Made by a program: the position numbers and the translations under genes. This document shows positions 1 through 17,034 of a stretch of DNA of 64,000 bases, in pieces. Every line of letters starts with the position of its first letter. The stretch's first letter is position 1. The stretch lies in assembly GCF_009931435.1 (NCBI RefSeq), contig NZ_CP043414.1, one strand, 5' to 3'. Source of the stretch: Escherichia coli (GTDB lineage Bacteria; Pseudomonadota; Gammaproteobacteria; Enterobacterales; Enterobacteriaceae). The notes under the pieces are model-generated. The model was not told the origin of the DNA. It did no database searches and saw only the letters and a program-made list of their open reading frames with translations.

Positions 1-1
1 T

Positions 2-1537
<1,536 letters not shown>

Positions 1538-1546
1538 GGAAGCTCG

Positions 1547-3631
1547 ATGGAAAGCAAACGTCTGGATAATGCCGCGCTGGCGGCGGGGATCAGCCCCAAT
1601 TACATCAATGCCCACGGTAAACCGCAGTCGATTAGCGCCGAAACCAAACGGCGTTTGCTTGACGCGATGCATCAACGTACCGCCACGAAAGTGGCGGTAA
1701 CGCCAGTCCCGAATGTCATGGTCTATACCAGCGGCAAAAAAATGCCGATGGCGGTGGAGGGCAGCGGCGAATATAGCTGGCTGCTGACCACCGAAGAAGG
1801 AACGCAATACAAAGGCCATGTAACGGGGGGCAAAGCGTTCAATTTACCGACGAAGTTGCCGGAAGGTTATCACACGTTGACACTCACCCAGGACGACCAG
1901 CGCGCGCATTGCCGGGTGATTGTCGCCCCGAAACGCTGTTACGAACCGCAGGCGTTGCTGAATAAACAAAAGCTGTGGGGCGCCTGCGTCCAGCTTTATA
2001 CGCTGCGATCGGAAAAAAACTGGGGTATTGGGGATTTTGGCGATCTCAAAGTGATGCTGGTGGATGTGGCAAAACGTGGCGGGGCTTTCATCGGTCTGAA
2101 CCCGATTCATGCGCTCTATCCGGCAAATCCGGAAAGTGCCAGTCCGTATAGCCCGTCTTCTCGTCGCTGGCTAAATGTGGTTTATATCGACGTTAACGCC
2201 GTCGAAGATTTCCATCTTAGCGAAGAGGCTCAGACCTGGTGGCAGTTACCGACCACGCAACAGACGCTGCAACAGGCACGGGATGCCGACTGGGTCGATT
2301 ACTCCACCGTCACTGCGCTGAAAATGACAGCATTGCGGATGGCGTGGAAAGGTTTTGCGCAACGTGATGATGAGCAGATGGCCGCGTTTCGCCAGTTTGT
2401 TGCAGAGCAGGGCGACAGCCTGTTCTGGCAGGCGGCGTTTGACGCGTTACATGCCCAGCAAGTGAAAGAAGACGAAATGCGCTGGGGCTGGCCTGCATGG
2501 CCAAAGATGTATCAGAACGTGGATTCACCAGAAGTGCGTCAGTTCTGCGAAGAACATCGTGATGACGTCGATTTTTATCTCTGGTTGCAGTGGCTGGCTT
2601 ACAGCCAGTTTGCCGCCTGCTGGGAGATAAGCCAGGGCCATGAAATGCCGATTGGCTTGTACCGTGATCTGGCGGTTGGCGTAGCAGAGGGTGGAGCAGA
2701 AACCTGGTGCGACCGGGAGTTGTATTGCCTGAAAGCGTCGGTGGGCGCGCCGCCGGATATCCTCGGCCCGTTGGGGCAGAACTGGGGATTGCCGCCGATG
2801 GATCCGCATATCATCACCGCGCGTGCCTATGAACCGTTTATCGAGCTGTTGCGTGCCAATATGCAAAACTGCGGCGCGTTGCGAATTGACCATGTGATGT
2901 CGATGCTGCGTTTGTGGTGGATACCGTATGGCGAGACGGCAGATCAGGGCGCGTATGTTCACTATCCGGTAGATGATCTGCTCTCGATTCTGGCACTCGA
3001 AAGTAAGCGCCATCGCTGCATGGTGATTGGTGAAGACCTCGGCACTGTACCGGTAGAGATTGTCGGTAAACTGCGCAGCAGCGGTGTGTACTCCTACAAA
3101 GTGCTCTATTTCGAAAGCGACCACGAGAAGACATTCCGCGCGCCGAAAGCGTATCCGGAGCAGTCGATGGCGGTTGCGGCGACACACGACCTGCCTACAC
3201 TGCGTGGCTACTGGGAGAGCGGGGATTTAACACTGGGCAAAACGCTGGGGCTGTACCCGGATGAAGTGGTATTGCGCGGTCTGTATCAGTATCGCGAACT
3301 GGCGAAGCAAGGGTTACTGGATGCACTGCATAAACATGGTTGCCTGCCAAAACGTGCGGGGCATAAGGCATCGTTAATGTCGATGACGCCGATGCTTAAT
3401 CGTGGTTTGCAACGTTATATCGCTGATAGTAACAGTGCTCTGTTAGGGCTTCAGCCAGAAGACTGGCTGGATATGGCCGAACCGGTAAATATTCCCGGAA
3501 CCAGTTACCAGTATAAAAACTGGCGACGTAAGCTTTCTGCAACGCTTGAGTCGATGTTTGCCGATGATGGCGTGAACAAGTTGCTGAAGGATTTGGACAG
3601 ACGGCGCAGAGCGGCTGCGAAGAAGCAGTAG
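1547..3631 (+). CDS. malQ: 4-alpha-glucanotransferase (amylomaltase)
   Basis: 694-aa ORF, recognised as MalQ; position directly after malP. Confidence 0.95.
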   Translation: MESKRLDNAALAAGISPNYINAHGKPQSISAETKRRLLDAMHQRTATKVAVTPVPNVMVYTSGKKMPMAVEGSGEYSWLLTTEEGTQYKGHVTGGKAFNLPTKLPEGYHTLTLTQDDQRAHCRVIVAPKRCYEPQALLNKQKLWGACVQLYTLRSEKNWGIGDFGDLKVMLVDVAKRGGAFIGLNPIHALYPANPESASPYSPSSRRWLNVVYIDVNAVEDFHLSEEAQTWWQLPTTQQTLQQARDADWVDYSTVTALKMTALRMAWKGFAQRDDEQMAAFRQFVAEQGDSLFWQAAFDALHAQQVKEDEMRWGWPAWPKMYQNVDSPEVRQFCEEHRDDVDFYLWLQWLAYSQFAACWEISQGHEMPIGLYRDLAVGVAEGGAETWCDRELYCLKASVGAPPDILGPLGQNWGLPPMDPHIITARAYEPFIELLRANMQNCGALRIDHVMSMLRLWWIPYGETADQGAYVHYPVDDLLSILALESKRHRCMVIGEDLGTVPVEIVGKLRSSGVYSYKVLYFESDHEKTFRAPKAYPEQSMAVAATHDLPTLRGYWESGDLTLGKTLGLYPDEVVLRGLYQYRELAKQGLLDALHKHGCLPKRAGHKASLMSMTPMLNRGLQRYIADSNSALLGLQPEDWLDMAEPVNIPGTSYQYKNWRRKLSATLESMFADDGVNKLLKDLDRRRRAAAKKQ

Positions 3632-3642
3632 AGAGCGGTTGA

Positions 3643-3665
3643 TGCCGGATGCGATGCATCCGGCA
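3643..3665. terminator. inverted repeat between convergent malQ and gntT
   Basis: Palindrome tgccggatgc/gcatccggca between two convergent stop codons; weak T-run. Confidence 0.3.
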
Positions 3666-3675
3666 GTCAGTATTA

Positions 3676-4992
3676 TCAAATCACCATATTCAGCAGCAGA
3701 CAGCCTACCAGACCGCACACCGAGATAATGGTTTCCAGCATCGACCAGGACTTGATGGTCTCGCCGATAGTCAGGTTAAAGTACTCTTTGAACAGCCAGA
3801 AGCCCGGATCGTTCACGTGAGAGAAAATCACACTACCGGAACCAACCGCAATAACCATCAGTTCCGGGCTAACACCCGTCGTTGCAATTAGTGGTGCCGC
3901 GATACCCCCCGCAGTGATTGCCGCAACGGTTGCGGAACCCAGCGCGATACGCAGTACGGCGGCAATCGACCAGGCCATCAGCAGCGGAGAAATGTTGGTT
4001 TCGTGCATCATGGAAGCAATGTATTTGTCCACGCCGCTGTCTACCAGCACCTGCTTGAACGCACCGCCACCACCGATGATCAACAGCATCATCGCGATGA
4101 TTTTGATGGAAGAAACCAGCGTGTCGTTAATCTGATCCATTGAACGACCACGGTTCAGACCAAAGGTGAACATCGCAATCAACACGGCAATCAGCGTTGC
4201 CATTACCGGGTCACCGAGGAACTCCGCCACTGGCAGGAAAGCGTGACCTTTCGGCAGGATCATTTCGGCAATTGCACGCATCGCCATCAGCACAACCGGC
4301 ACCAGAGAAGTCCAGACGCTGACGCCAAAGCTTGGCATCTCTTCTTCGCTGAAGGTTTTCGCGCTGTACAGACCTTCCGGGATTGGCTTATCGATACCTT
4401 TCAGCACGCGAGCGTAAACCGGACCCGCGAGAATAACGGTCGGGATTGCCAGAATAGTCCCGTACAGCAGGGTTTTACCCATATCGGCATTGAAAATGGT
4501 GGCAATCGCAGTTGGGCCCGGATGTGGCGGCAGGAAGCCGTGGGTCACAGACAGCGCAGCCGCCATTGGTACACCAACATACAGCAGCGGAATATTCGCG
4601 GAAGCCGCGATGGTAAACACCAGCGGCAGCATTAGCACGAAGCCCACTTCATAGAACAGGGCAAAACCGACAGTAAAACCGGTTAACACTACCGCCCATT
4701 GGATGTGTTTTTTACCAAATTTGGCAATCAGCGTGGTGGCGATACGTTGTGCACCACCGCAGTCTGCCAGCATTTTGCCCAGCATCGCGCCAAAACCCAT
4801 GATCAGGGCAAGGCTACCGAGCGTCCCGCCGACACCAGCTTTGATGGAGCCAATAACTTTATCCAGCGGCATTCCCTGCATTAATCCAACAGCAAGCGCC
4901 ACGAGGACGAGAGCGATGAATCCGTTCATTTTGAAGCGGATCATCAGGAGCAACAACAAGATTACACCGATAGCAACAATGACTAATGGCAT
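3676..4992 (-). CDS. gntT: high-affinity gluconate:H+ symporter
   Basis: 438-aa hydrophobic ORF recognised as GntT; GntR-type operators upstream. Confidence 0.93.
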   Translation of the reverse strand: MPLVIVAIGVILLLLLMIRFKMNGFIALVLVALAVGLMQGMPLDKVIGSIKAGVGGTLGSLALIMGFGAMLGKMLADCGGAQRIATTLIAKFGKKHIQWAVVLTGFTVGFALFYEVGFVLMLPLVFTIAASANIPLLYVGVPMAAALSVTHGFLPPHPGPTAIATIFNADMGKTLLYGTILAIPTVILAGPVYARVLKGIDKPIPEGLYSAKTFSEEEMPSFGVSVWTSLVPVVLMAMRAIAEMILPKGHAFLPVAEFLGDPVMATLIAVLIAMFTFGLNRGRSMDQINDTLVSSIKIIAMMLLIIGGGGAFKQVLVDSGVDKYIASMMHETNISPLLMAWSIAAVLRIALGSATVAAITAGGIAAPLIATTGVSPELMVIAVGSGSVIFSHVNDPGFWLFKEYFNLTIGETIKSWSMLETIISVCGLVGCLLLNMVI

Positions 4993-5011
4993 GATTTACC
5001 TGGCCTTTCAT

Positions 5012-5029
5012 TTGTTATGGGTAACGTCA
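5012..5029 (-). promoter_or_regulatory. putative GntR operator (gntT leader)
   Basis: Minus-strand sequence gacgTTACCCATAACAaa resembles the GntR operator half-site pattern. Confidence 0.4.
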
Positions 5030-5148
5030 ATTTTCTGACGACAAACTCTAATTATCCCAATCGGGAACAGAGATATTGCGGCACCACGACTGATACCCAC
5101 TAAAACTAATTATTGTAGTCAGATGTCAGGAGTATGTTTGGTACCCGC

Positions 5149-5168
5149 GTGAATGATACGGGTAACAT
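5149..5168 (-). promoter_or_regulatory. putative GntR operator (gntT promoter)
   Basis: Minus-strand ATGTTACCCGTATCATTCAC matches the gntT GntR operator as I recall it. Confidence 0.5.
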
Positions 5169-5289
5169 CTGGCGTTTGAGAATCACCAGAGCGGGGTAAA
5201 TTTAAATTATGAGAGGTTGGTCATATTATCGCGGGGAAACGTAGGGACTGGATTTGCCGAGGCAATGTAGCGCCAACGCCTGGCAGACG

Positions 5290-5322
5290 GCCCGATAAGA
5301 CGCTTTAGCGTCGCATCGGGCA
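5290..5322. repeat. REP-like extragenic palindrome
   Basis: gcccgataagacgctttagcgtcgcatcgggca; imperfect palindrome of the REP family between nfuA and gntT. Confidence 0.5.
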
Positions 5323-5343
5323 ATCTATAAAAGAGAGGATAAC

Positions 5344-5919
5344 TTAGTAGTAAGAGTGTTCGCCGCGCTGGTGTTCGGTGAGATCGCGTACACCTTTCAG
5401 CTCCGGGAATTCGTTCAGCAGCTGCTTTTCGATCCCTTCTTTCAGCGTCACATCGACCATTGAACAACCGTTACAACCGCCGCCAAATTGCAGAATGGCG
5501 TAACCGTCTTCGGTGATTTCCATCAGCGAAACGCGACCACCGTGACCGGCAAGCTGTGGGTTGATCTGCGACTGCAGCATATACTCCACGCGCTCCATCA
5601 GCGGCGCATCGTCAGCTACTTTGCGCATTTTGGCGTTTGGGGCTTTCAGCGTCAGCTGAGAACCCAACTGGTCGGTAACAAAGTCGATCTCTGCATCTTC
5701 CAGGTAAGGCGCGCTTAACTCATCAACATACGCGGTCAGCAGGTCAAATTTCAGGGCAGTGTCGGTGGCTTCCACAGCGTCCGGCGGACAATAAGAAACG
5801 CCACATTCAGCGTTAGGCGTGCCAGGGTTAATCACAAATACGCGGATTTGTGTCCCTTCTTCCTGATTTGCCAGCAGTTTGGCAAAGTGCGCTTGTGCAG
5901 CATCGGAAATACGGATCAT
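5344..5919 (-). CDS. nfuA: Fe-S cluster carrier protein NfuA
   Basis: 191-aa ORF; C-terminal Nfu CxxC motif ([10 protein letters not shown]); recognised as NfuA. Confidence 0.93.
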
Positions 5920-5977
5920 AGTAATGGCCTAATAGTTGACTATTTTAGTTGGTTATAATACGCCCATCATCGAGGCT

Positions 5978-6679
<702 letters not shown>

Positions 6680-6680
6680 A

Positions 6681-7469
<789 letters not shown>

Positions 7470-7497
7470 ACAGCTGTTGAAATGGCGAGACAGAACT

Positions 7498-8376
7498 TTA
7501 CTGGCTCGCCGCAGCCAACTCCTCTTCTGACACCCCGGTAAAACGCATGATGTCCGCAAGAGGGACTCCGGATTCAAGCATTATTTTTGCTATATGCAAG
7601 GCTTTGGATTGTTCCCCCTCTTGCCGCAATCTTTCCGCAATAGTCATTAAACTCTCCTTGTGTTTCGGTGAACGTTCGGCCACACCATCGATAAAATCAT
7701 TAAAACGTACTGCATCGCCAGTTTGCAGTATGTAATTAAACAGCCCTTTGATTTGTCTGTCATTAGCGTATCCACTACTTAATAAGCAGGCCATTTGCTC
7801 TACCAGTCCCATCAGATCGCGTTGACGAATATGTTTTTGAATTAACTCCAGCAGCGCCATGCGTCGGTGCTGCATGATTTCATCATCAGGCATGACGGTG
7901 ACATCAATCAGCGGAAATGCAGAGGCATAAAGCTGCCTTGCCAGTTTGGGATCGGCGAAACAATCAAGCCAACACAGCGAATAGGGATAGGGGCTTTCAA
8001 TACCATGGTAAAACAACAATGGCACCACCATCGGCAACGTTTTGTATCCGGCATCCAGGTGATTTTGCATTGCGGCAATGGCGTAACGCATCATGCGAAA
8101 TGCGATCAGTTTGTTTGAGGTGCTTTGATGTTCAATCAGACAATAGATATATCCCGGTCCTTGTTCCGTTTTCACCGACCACAGCACGTCGGAATAGCTT
8201 TCACGCAGATCGTCATCAATAAAGCTGCTCGACTCCAGCTTGAGGGTTTTCATATCACAGAGCGCGTGAATAGGTGCCGGTAAATGGAACGCAAGAAAAT
8301 CGCGCGCCGTCTCCGGTTGGCGTAAAAAGAGTTTGAACAGCGCATCGTGTGGGGTGGAACTCTGCTTTTTGCTCAT
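7498..8376 (-). CDS. rpnA: Rpn (transposase_31/PD-(D/E)xK) family recombination-promoting nuclease
   Basis: 292-aa ORF recognised as YhgA/RpnA; conserved core-genome position between bioH and feoC. Confidence 0.85.
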   Translation of the reverse strand: MSKKQSSTPHDALFKLFLRQPETARDFLAFHLPAPIHALCDMKTLKLESSSFIDDDLRESYSDVLWSVKTEQGPGYIYCLIEHQSTSNKLIAFRMMRYAIAAMQNHLDAGYKTLPMVVPLLFYHGIESPYPYSLCWLDCFADPKLARQLYASAFPLIDVTVMPDDEIMQHRRMALLELIQKHIRQRDLMGLVEQMACLLSSGYANDRQIKGLFNYILQTGDAVRFNDFIDGVAERSPKHKESLMTIAERLRQEGEQSKALHIAKIMLESGVPLADIMRFTGVSEEELAAASQ

Positions 8377-8577
8377 GGCGTTCCTTCACCTGTTGTTTGA
8401 ATGCCGCGACTCTACGCGCCACTCCACACCTGTGCATTAGCGAGTTTTCATCCCTGCGAGACGCTTTCAGAGGAATTTACGTCGCGCTGCAAGGGTTGCA
8501 TTTTTATGGAAAGCCGCACGCAAAAAAGCCCGGTTGCAAACGCATACCGGGCTTTCAAAACAGGTAGTAAAACAAGG

Positions 8578-8814
8578 TTAACGTAACGCCCACCACTCAC
8601 GCAGGCAGGCTTTGCCTTCCGGGCAGCTTTTACAACTGCCAGAGAGGCAGCCGTCAGGTTCTTCCTGAATTCGCACGGCTTTGCCCATACTTTCCAGCTG
8701 TTGCAGCATGGCGTTAATCATGGGTTGCGGAGTGTTCAATGTCTGGCTTATCTGGGCCGCTTCCATACGGCCCCGTAATGCCAGCAAATCGCGCACCTGA
8801 ATAAGTGAAGCCAT
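8578..8814 (-). CDS. feoC: ferrous iron transport protein FeoC
   Basis: 78-aa product with C-terminal Cys cluster; start overlaps feoB stop. Confidence 0.88.
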   Translation of the reverse strand: MASLIQVRDLLALRGRMEAAQISQTLNTPQPMINAMLQQLESMGKAVRIQEEPDGCLSGSCKSCPEGKACLREWWALR

Positions 8815-11135
8815 TAATGGCAATCACCGGTGGTGCTGGCTGCGCAGCAACTGCTTACCGATTTGCGTGTTGCCAGCAGTTCGATATCGACCCGGCTACG
8901 CGCGCGACGCAGCAAACCGATAACCACGATGTTAAACAGGATAACCGCCAGAATGCATACCAGGCTGTAGGTTGGATGCTGGCTGTAGCTGGCGACCTGG
9001 TAGAACAATGTTGCCAACGAGTAAGCGATATTTAGCCCCCACAGGATGGAGAAGCCCATCCAGCCACGGCTTGATTCACGGGCGATGGCTCCCATTACCG
9101 AGATACATGGTACATACAGCAGGACGAAAATCAGGTAGCTGTAAGCTGCTGCTGCGCTACCGAATTTCTGATCCATCACGCCCATCGCCCCGGTACCCAT
9201 TTCGCCGTCGCCTTTGCTCGCTTCAATGGGGTTCATCAGTACGCTAAGACTGAAGGTGTCTTTCAGGCTCTGCCAGGTTTCATCTACCGCGCTGAATAGC
9301 TCTTCACCGAGGTTAAATTCCGCCGGATTGAACTCTTCGTCCTGAATATTTTCTGCGGTGTAGAGGGTGTTGAGCGTACCCACCACCACTTCTTTCGCCA
9401 TTGCGCCTGTAAACAGGCCAACAGTTGCCTGCCAGTTATCTTCATGTACGCCAATCGGCTTGAAGACCGGGGTGATCACCCGGCTGACGGAAGCCAGCGC
9501 CGAGTCGTTGATGTTATCGACGATTTTCCCGCTCAGAGAGAAACTGTTGAAAGCGCTCAGGAAAATGCTGACGATGATAATCACTTTACCAGCACGCAGA
9601 ACGAAACCTTTCAGACGCTGCCAGGTCTGGATAATCAGGCTTTTAACGTGTGGTACATGGTAGACCGGTAGCTCCATGACAAACGGCGTCGCTTCACCGC
9701 GCATGATGGTGTACTTGAGCATCAGGCCAGTCAGCACCGCCATCACAATACCGAGCATATACAGCGAGAAGACCGCCAGCGCACCGTTCTGCCCGAAGAA
9801 GGCAGCCGCGAATACGGCGAAGATAGCCAGACGCGCGCCGCAGGACATAAACGGTGCCATCATGATGGTCATCAGACGTTCACGCGGTGCATCAAGCGTA
9901 CGTGCGCCCATTACCGACGGTACGTTACAACCGAAACCAACGATCAGCGGTACAAAGGATTTCCCGGGCAAGCCCAGCGCCTGCATCAGGCGGTCCATCA
10001 CAAACGCCGCACGCGCCATATACCCGGAGTCCTCAAGGAAGGAGAGGAACAGGTACATCATGCCGATCTGTGGCACCAGTGGCAGAACGGTGTTAATACC
10101 GCCACCCAAGCCCTGGGCGAGGAAGATAGTCAGCCAGTCCGGGAAGTGGAGCGTGTAGCCAATCCACTGAATACCATGCACAAATAGCGCCACGGAGCCG
10201 ACGTCAAACAGCGGCTGTAACGCCCCGCCGATGTTGATAGCCAGCAGGAACATCAGGTACATCACAAAGAGGAAAATCGGCAGACCGAGGAAACGGTTGA
10301 GCACGATTTTATCTACCGCAGTGGTGAAACGGCTGGGTTCTGCCGTCAGGGTGTTGCTTACCACATCACAGATGGCAGCAATGCACTGGTAACGCGCATC
10401 GGCAATGTGCAGCGCCGGATCGTCCATCTCATTACGCAGACGGGCGAGGGCGGCATCAAGATGCTGCGACGCTTCACCGGCGTAGGCGCGGCTGTAGATA
10501 TCGCCTTCCAGCATTTGCAGGCCCAGCCAGCGACGTTGTTTCAGCGGGATGTCGGAAGGCATCACTTTTGCCAGTGAATCTGCTTCGTTGAGCAGCGGCT
10601 GTGCGTAATGCACCAGTTCCACATTGTCGTTAGCTTTATAGCGGTCAATCGCCAGCTTGAGCGCTTCAATACCCCGACCACGGGTTGATACCAGCGGGAT
10701 CACCGGGCAGCCAAGACGTGCCGACAGCGCATCAATTTCAATGCGAATATTTTGCTTCTCGGCAATGTCGAGCATATTCAGCGCCACGATGCAGGGAATG
10801 CCGAGTTCCAGCAGTTGTAGCGTCAGGTACAGGTTACGCTCAAGGTTAGACGCATCCACCACGTTAATCAGCAGGTCAGCGTCGCCACTCAAAATGTAGT
10901 GACAGGCGATTTGCTCATCGAGCGAGGTCTGCGATGAGATGGTGGTCAGAGAATAGGTGCCGGGCAGGTCCACCAGCGTGACCTGATGATCGGTGGTGGA
11001 GAATTGCCCTTCTTTACGTTCGACGGTAACGCCAGCCCAGTTACCTACACGCTGACGTGCGCCAGTGAGCTGGTTAAATAAGGTTGTCTTGCCAGAATTT
11101 GGATTACCAATTAAGCCAATGGTTAATTTTTTCAT
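8814..11135 (-). CDS. feoB: ferrous iron transporter FeoB
   Basis: N-terminal G-domain ([12 protein letters not shown]) followed by polytopic membrane domain; 773 aa from the MKKLTIG start. Confidence 0.95.
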   Translation of the reverse strand: MKKLTIGLIGNPNSGKTTLFNQLTGARQRVGNWAGVTVERKEGQFSTTDHQVTLVDLPGTYSLTTISSQTSLDEQIACHYILSGDADLLINVVDASNLERNLYLTLQLLELGIPCIVALNMLDIAEKQNIRIEIDALSARLGCPVIPLVSTRGRGIEALKLAIDRYKANDNVELVHYAQPLLNEADSLAKVMPSDIPLKQRRWLGLQMLEGDIYSRAYAGEASQHLDAALARLRNEMDDPALHIADARYQCIAAICDVVSNTLTAEPSRFTTAVDKIVLNRFLGLPIFLFVMYLMFLLAINIGGALQPLFDVGSVALFVHGIQWIGYTLHFPDWLTIFLAQGLGGGINTVLPLVPQIGMMYLFLSFLEDSGYMARAAFVMDRLMQALGLPGKSFVPLIVGFGCNVPSVMGARTLDAPRERLMTIMMAPFMSCGARLAIFAVFAAAFFGQNGALAVFSLYMLGIVMAVLTGLMLKYTIMRGEATPFVMELPVYHVPHVKSLIIQTWQRLKGFVLRAGKVIIIVSIFLSAFNSFSLSGKIVDNINDSALASVSRVITPVFKPIGVHEDNWQATVGLFTGAMAKEVVVGTLNTLYTAENIQDEEFNPAEFNLGEELFSAVDETWQSLKDTFSLSVLMNPIEASKGDGEMGTGAMGVMDQKFGSAAAAYSYLIFVLLYVPCISVMGAIARESSRGWMGFSILWGLNIAYSLATLFYQVASYSQHPTYSLVCILAVILFNIVVIGLLRRARSRVDIELLATRKSVSSCCAASTTGDCH

Positions 11136-11151
11136 TGTTGTTATCACCGTA

Positions 11152-11379
11152 TTAACAGGAAACCGCTTCCACTTCTAATAAGGCCAGATCTTTTTTGCGT
11201 AATACCAGGCTCACTCGACGGGTTTCGATATGAATGGGGTCGCCAAGTGGAGCGACGCGCACCACATTAAAAGAGGAGCCAGGTAACATGCCAAGAGAAA
11301 GCAGTTTTTGGCGATATGCCGGGCTGATTTCACGGGAAAAGCCAGTGATTTTCCACGCAGTATCTGGAGTGTATTGCAT
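11152..11379 (-). CDS. feoA: ferrous iron transport protein FeoA
   Basis: 75-aa ORF immediately upstream of feoB; recognised as FeoA. Confidence 0.92.
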   Translation of the reverse strand: MQYTPDTAWKITGFSREISPAYRQKLLSLGMLPGSSFNVVRVAPLGDPIHIETRRVSLVLRKKDLALLEVEAVSC

Positions 11380-11492
11380 AGGTGCCTACTTGTTTCTCAT
11401 TAACTGGATAACTACCTCATGGGGCGTTTGACAGCGACATGAGACCAGATGATTTGCCAACGAAGGAGAGATTAAATAATCAACAACACAAT

Positions 11493-11511
11493 GATAATGA
11501 GAATGGTTTCT
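11493..11511. promoter_or_regulatory. putative Fur box upstream of feoABC
   Basis: gataatgagaatggtttc matches roughly 15 of 19 positions of the GATAATGATAATCATTATC consensus, about 115 bp upstream of the feoA start. Confidence 0.4.
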
Positions 11512-11762
11512 ATCAGCAATACTTAAAATGTGTGCGAATGTTGGTTTAGATAATAATCTGCGTGAATGTTGATGTGGCTCAAGGTTATATCGCAGCGAAA
11601 ATATAATTCGAATGGCGAATTATCAGGGCGGGTTAATGTTTAATTAAGGTTTCAGTTGTTAATGAAGTGATAAATATTGACGAAATATAGTGTGAGTTTG
11701 GTTGTGGAATAAAAATGCCGGAGATATTCTCCGGCATTTTTATGTCAGGCATGGCGTTTATT

Positions 11763-11796
11763 GCCAGATGCGGCGTGAACGCCTGATCTGGCCTAC
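11763..11796. repeat. REP element
   Basis: gccagatgcggcgtgaacgcctgatctggcctac, close to the canonical REP sequence; a near-identical copy lies at 41632. Confidence 0.7.
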
Positions 11797-11835
11797 GATC
11801 TTGTGCAAATTCGAACCGTAGGCCAATCAGGAGGT

Positions 11836-14157
11836 TTAACGTTTTTTGCCCATTGCCGCCGCCAGCGCATCCATCATCGCGCTGTTACCGGCAGGCTGCG
11901 CTTCACGACCGCGTGGTTTGGCTGCCGGGCGGTTGTTTTGCGGACGTTCATTACCGCCGCCGCGACGGGCGTTGGTTTCGCCAGGCTGCTCGTCCAGACG
12001 CATAGTCAGGGCGATACGTTTACGCTGAAGATCCACTTCCAGCACTTTCACCTTCACAATGTCGCCCGCTTTCACCACGGTATGCGGATCTTCCACAAAC
12101 TTGTTCGACAATGAAGAGATGTGAACCAGGCCGTCCTGATGCACGCCAATATCGACAAACGCGCCAAAGTTGGTGACGTTGGTCACCGCACCTTCGAGGA
12201 TCATACCCGGTTGCAGGTCGTTCATTGTCTCGACGCCATCGGCAAACTGAGCGGTTTTAAATTCCGGACGCGGATCGCGACCCGGTTTTTCCAGCTCTTT
12301 GATGATGTCAGTTACTGTCGGCACACCGAATTTCTCATCAGTAAAGTCAGACGCTTTCAGGTTACGCAGTTCGCTGCTGTTACCCATCAGATCTTTCAGT
12401 GCCTGCTGTGTTGCTGCCAGAATGCGTTCCACCACCGGATAGGCTTCCGGGTGAACAGTAGAGGCGTCCAGCGGGTTGTCACCGTGGTTAATGCGCAAGA
12501 AACCTGCGCACTGCTCGAAGGCTTTCGGCCCCACACGGCTCACTTTCAGCAGTTGCTGACGGTTCTGGAACTGACCGTTCTCATCGCGCCAGGCCACGAT
12601 GTTTTGCGCCATCATGCGCGTCAGGCCCGCCACGCGGGTTAACAGCGGAACGGAAGCGGTGTTGAGATCGACGCCAACGGCGTTTACGCAGTCTTCTACT
12701 ACTGCATCCAGTTTGCGGGCCAGTTGCGTCTGGCTGACATCATGCTGATACTGACCTACGCCGATAGATTTCGGATCGATTTTCACCAGCTCCGCCAGCG
12801 GATCCTGCAAACGGCGGGCGATAGACACTGCGCCACGCAGCGAAACATCGAGATCCGGGAACTCCTGCGCCGCCAGTTCGGAAGCCGAGTAAACCGACGC
12901 GCCTGCTTCGCTGACGATCACTTTCTGTGCGGTCACTTTCGGAAACTGCTTCTGAACGTCGAGATAGAAACGCTCGGTTTCGCGGGAAGCCGTACCGTTA
13001 CCGATTGCCACCAGTTCAACGTTATGTTTTTCACACAAGGCAGCAACGGTCATCGCTGCTTTTGCGGCTTGTCCGGTGTGCGGATAAATGGTGTCGGTGG
13101 CCACCAGTTTACCCGTCGCATCGACTACCGCCACTTTTACCCCAGTACGCAGACCCGGATCGAGGCCCATCGTTGCACGCAGTCCGGCAGGAGCCGCCAT
13201 CAGAAGATCGTGCAGGTTACGGGCAAAGACGTTGATTGCTTCATCTTCCGCGCGTTCGCGCACGGTACCCATCAGTTCGGTTTCCAGGTGCATCAGCACC
13301 TTGATGCGCCAGGTCCAGCTCACCACGCCTTTGCGCCAGCTATCCGCCGGGGCATTGTTCAGGCGCAGACCGAGGTGATCCATGATGATTTGCTCGCAAT
13401 AGCTCTCTTTTGGCGGTTCGTCGAACTGCGGATCGGCATTTAGCGAAAGCTGGAGTACGCCTTCGTTACGCCCACGGAACATCGCCAGCGCGCGGTGAGA
13501 AGGCACCGTTGACAGCGGTTCGTGATGATCGAAATAGTCGCGGAATTTCGCCCCTTCCTCTTCTTTACCGTTCACCACCGTAGAAACCAAATGCGCGTTC
13601 TTCCACAGATAATCACGCACTTTCGCCAGCAGCGCGGCATCTTCGGCAAACCGTTCCATCAGGATATAGCGCGCGCCGTCCAGCGCGGCTTTGGTATCTG
13701 CTACGCCTTTATCGGCATCAACATATTGTGCAGCGGCGACTTCTGGCGTGTGCGACGGATCGTTCCACAGCAGGTCGGCCAACGGCTCAAGCCCTGCTTC
13801 AATAGCAATTTGCCCGCGGGTGCGGCGTTTAGGTTTGTAGGGCAGGTAGAGGTCTTCGAGTTCGGTTTTACTTAAGGTGGCGTTGATAGCATTCGCCAGT
13901 TCGTCGGTGAGTTTACCTTGCTCGGAAATGGACTTGAGGATTGCCTGACGTCTCTCTTCCAGCTCGCGCAGATAGCTCAGACGCGTTTCCAGATTACGCA
14001 ACTGCGTGTCATCCAGACCGCCGGTGATTTCCTTACGATAACGTGCGATAAACGGCACGGTATTCCCTTCGTCAAGCAGGCGAACGGCAGCGTCAACCTG
14101 TTCCGGGCGCGCCTGAATTTCACCCGCAATAATGCGGCAGAACGAATCATTCATCAT
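11836..14157 (-). CDS. tex: Tex-like transcription accessory protein (S1 domain)
   Basis: 773-aa ORF recognised as YhgF/Tex; C-terminal S1 RNA-binding region. Confidence 0.93.
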   Translation of the reverse strand: MMNDSFCRIIAGEIQARPEQVDAAVRLLDEGNTVPFIARYRKEITGGLDDTQLRNLETRLSYLRELEERRQAILKSISEQGKLTDELANAINATLSKTELEDLYLPYKPKRRTRGQIAIEAGLEPLADLLWNDPSHTPEVAAAQYVDADKGVADTKAALDGARYILMERFAEDAALLAKVRDYLWKNAHLVSTVVNGKEEEGAKFRDYFDHHEPLSTVPSHRALAMFRGRNEGVLQLSLNADPQFDEPPKESYCEQIIMDHLGLRLNNAPADSWRKGVVSWTWRIKVLMHLETELMGTVRERAEDEAINVFARNLHDLLMAAPAGLRATMGLDPGLRTGVKVAVVDATGKLVATDTIYPHTGQAAKAAMTVAALCEKHNVELVAIGNGTASRETERFYLDVQKQFPKVTAQKVIVSEAGASVYSASELAAQEFPDLDVSLRGAVSIARRLQDPLAELVKIDPKSIGVGQYQHDVSQTQLARKLDAVVEDCVNAVGVDLNTASVPLLTRVAGLTRMMAQNIVAWRDENGQFQNRQQLLKVSRVGPKAFEQCAGFLRINHGDNPLDASTVHPEAYPVVERILAATQQALKDLMGNSSELRNLKASDFTDEKFGVPTVTDIIKELEKPGRDPRPEFKTAQFADGVETMNDLQPGMILEGAVTNVTNFGAFVDIGVHQDGLVHISSLSNKFVEDPHTVVKAGDIVKVKVLEVDLQRKRIALTMRLDEQPGETNARRGGGNERPQNNRPAAKPRGREAQPAGNSAMMDALAAAMGKKR

Positions 14158-14253
14158 GGTTTGAGTTCATCTTTTCGGATCAAAAATCAGGGGATAGTTA
14201 TACGGACTGGCTGGCAAAAATGCCAGCCATCGGCAGGAGGTTAAGACTCTTCC

Positions 14254-14730
14254 TTACGGTTTCACGTACTCGATAGCATTAACATACCAGCTCGCTTCCC
14301 CGGCAGGGGTATTGACCACCGCCAGATCGCCCACCTCTTTTTTCAGCAATGCGCGGGCCATTGGGGAATCGATAGAGATGTAATCTTTACGGCCAAAAAT
14401 TTCATCGTAGCCGACAATACGAAAACGGTGAGTCACGCCATCGTCGTTTTCAATCTCCACCCATGCGCCAAAAAAGACTTTGCCTTCCTGTTGCGGGGAG
14501 TAATCGACGATTTTGAGATTTTCCATGCATTTAGTGAGATAGCGCACGCGACGGTCGATTTCACGCAGACGCTTTTTATTATACTGATAGTCAGCATTTT
14601 CGCTGCGGTCGCCCAGACTTGCAGCCCAGGTCACTTTTTTTGTGACCTCCGGGCGCTCTTCACGCCAGAGATAATTTAGCTCTTGTTTGAGTTTTTCATA
14701 CCCTTCCCGGGTAACCAGGGGCGTTTTCAT
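14254..14730 (-). CDS. greB: transcription elongation factor GreB
   Basis: 158 aa from MKTPLVTREGYEKLKQEL; ORF track shows a 12-codon upstream extension. Confidence 0.93.
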   Translation of the reverse strand: MKTPLVTREGYEKLKQELNYLWREERPEVTKKVTWAASLGDRSENADYQYNKKRLREIDRRVRYLTKCMENLKIVDYSPQQEGKVFFGAWVEIENDDGVTHRFRIVGYDEIFGRKDYISIDSPMARALLKKEVGDLAVVNTPAGEASWYVNAIEYVKP

Positions 14731-14957
14731 CTCGTTGATTCCCTTTGTCTGTTTGATAATGCGCACATTGGGTATAACGTGATCATATCAACAGAATCAA
14801 TAATGTTTCGCCGAATAAATTGTATACTTAAGCTGCTGTTTAATATGCTTTGTAACAATTTAGGCTGAAATTCATACCAGATTTAGCTGGTGACGAACGT
14901 AAGCTTTTTTAAGAATACACGCTTACAAATTGTTGCGAACCTTTGGGAGTACAAAGA

Positions 14958-17026
<2,069 letters not shown>

Positions 17027-17034
17027 ATAAAACA

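Noticed and set aside
2525-3187. 220-aa minus-strand ORF
   Set aside because: Antisense to malQ; shadow ORF.
12724-13443. 239-aa plus-strand ORF and neighbours (12121..12642, 12927..13378)
   Set aside because: All antisense to tex; composition typical of a non-coding frame.
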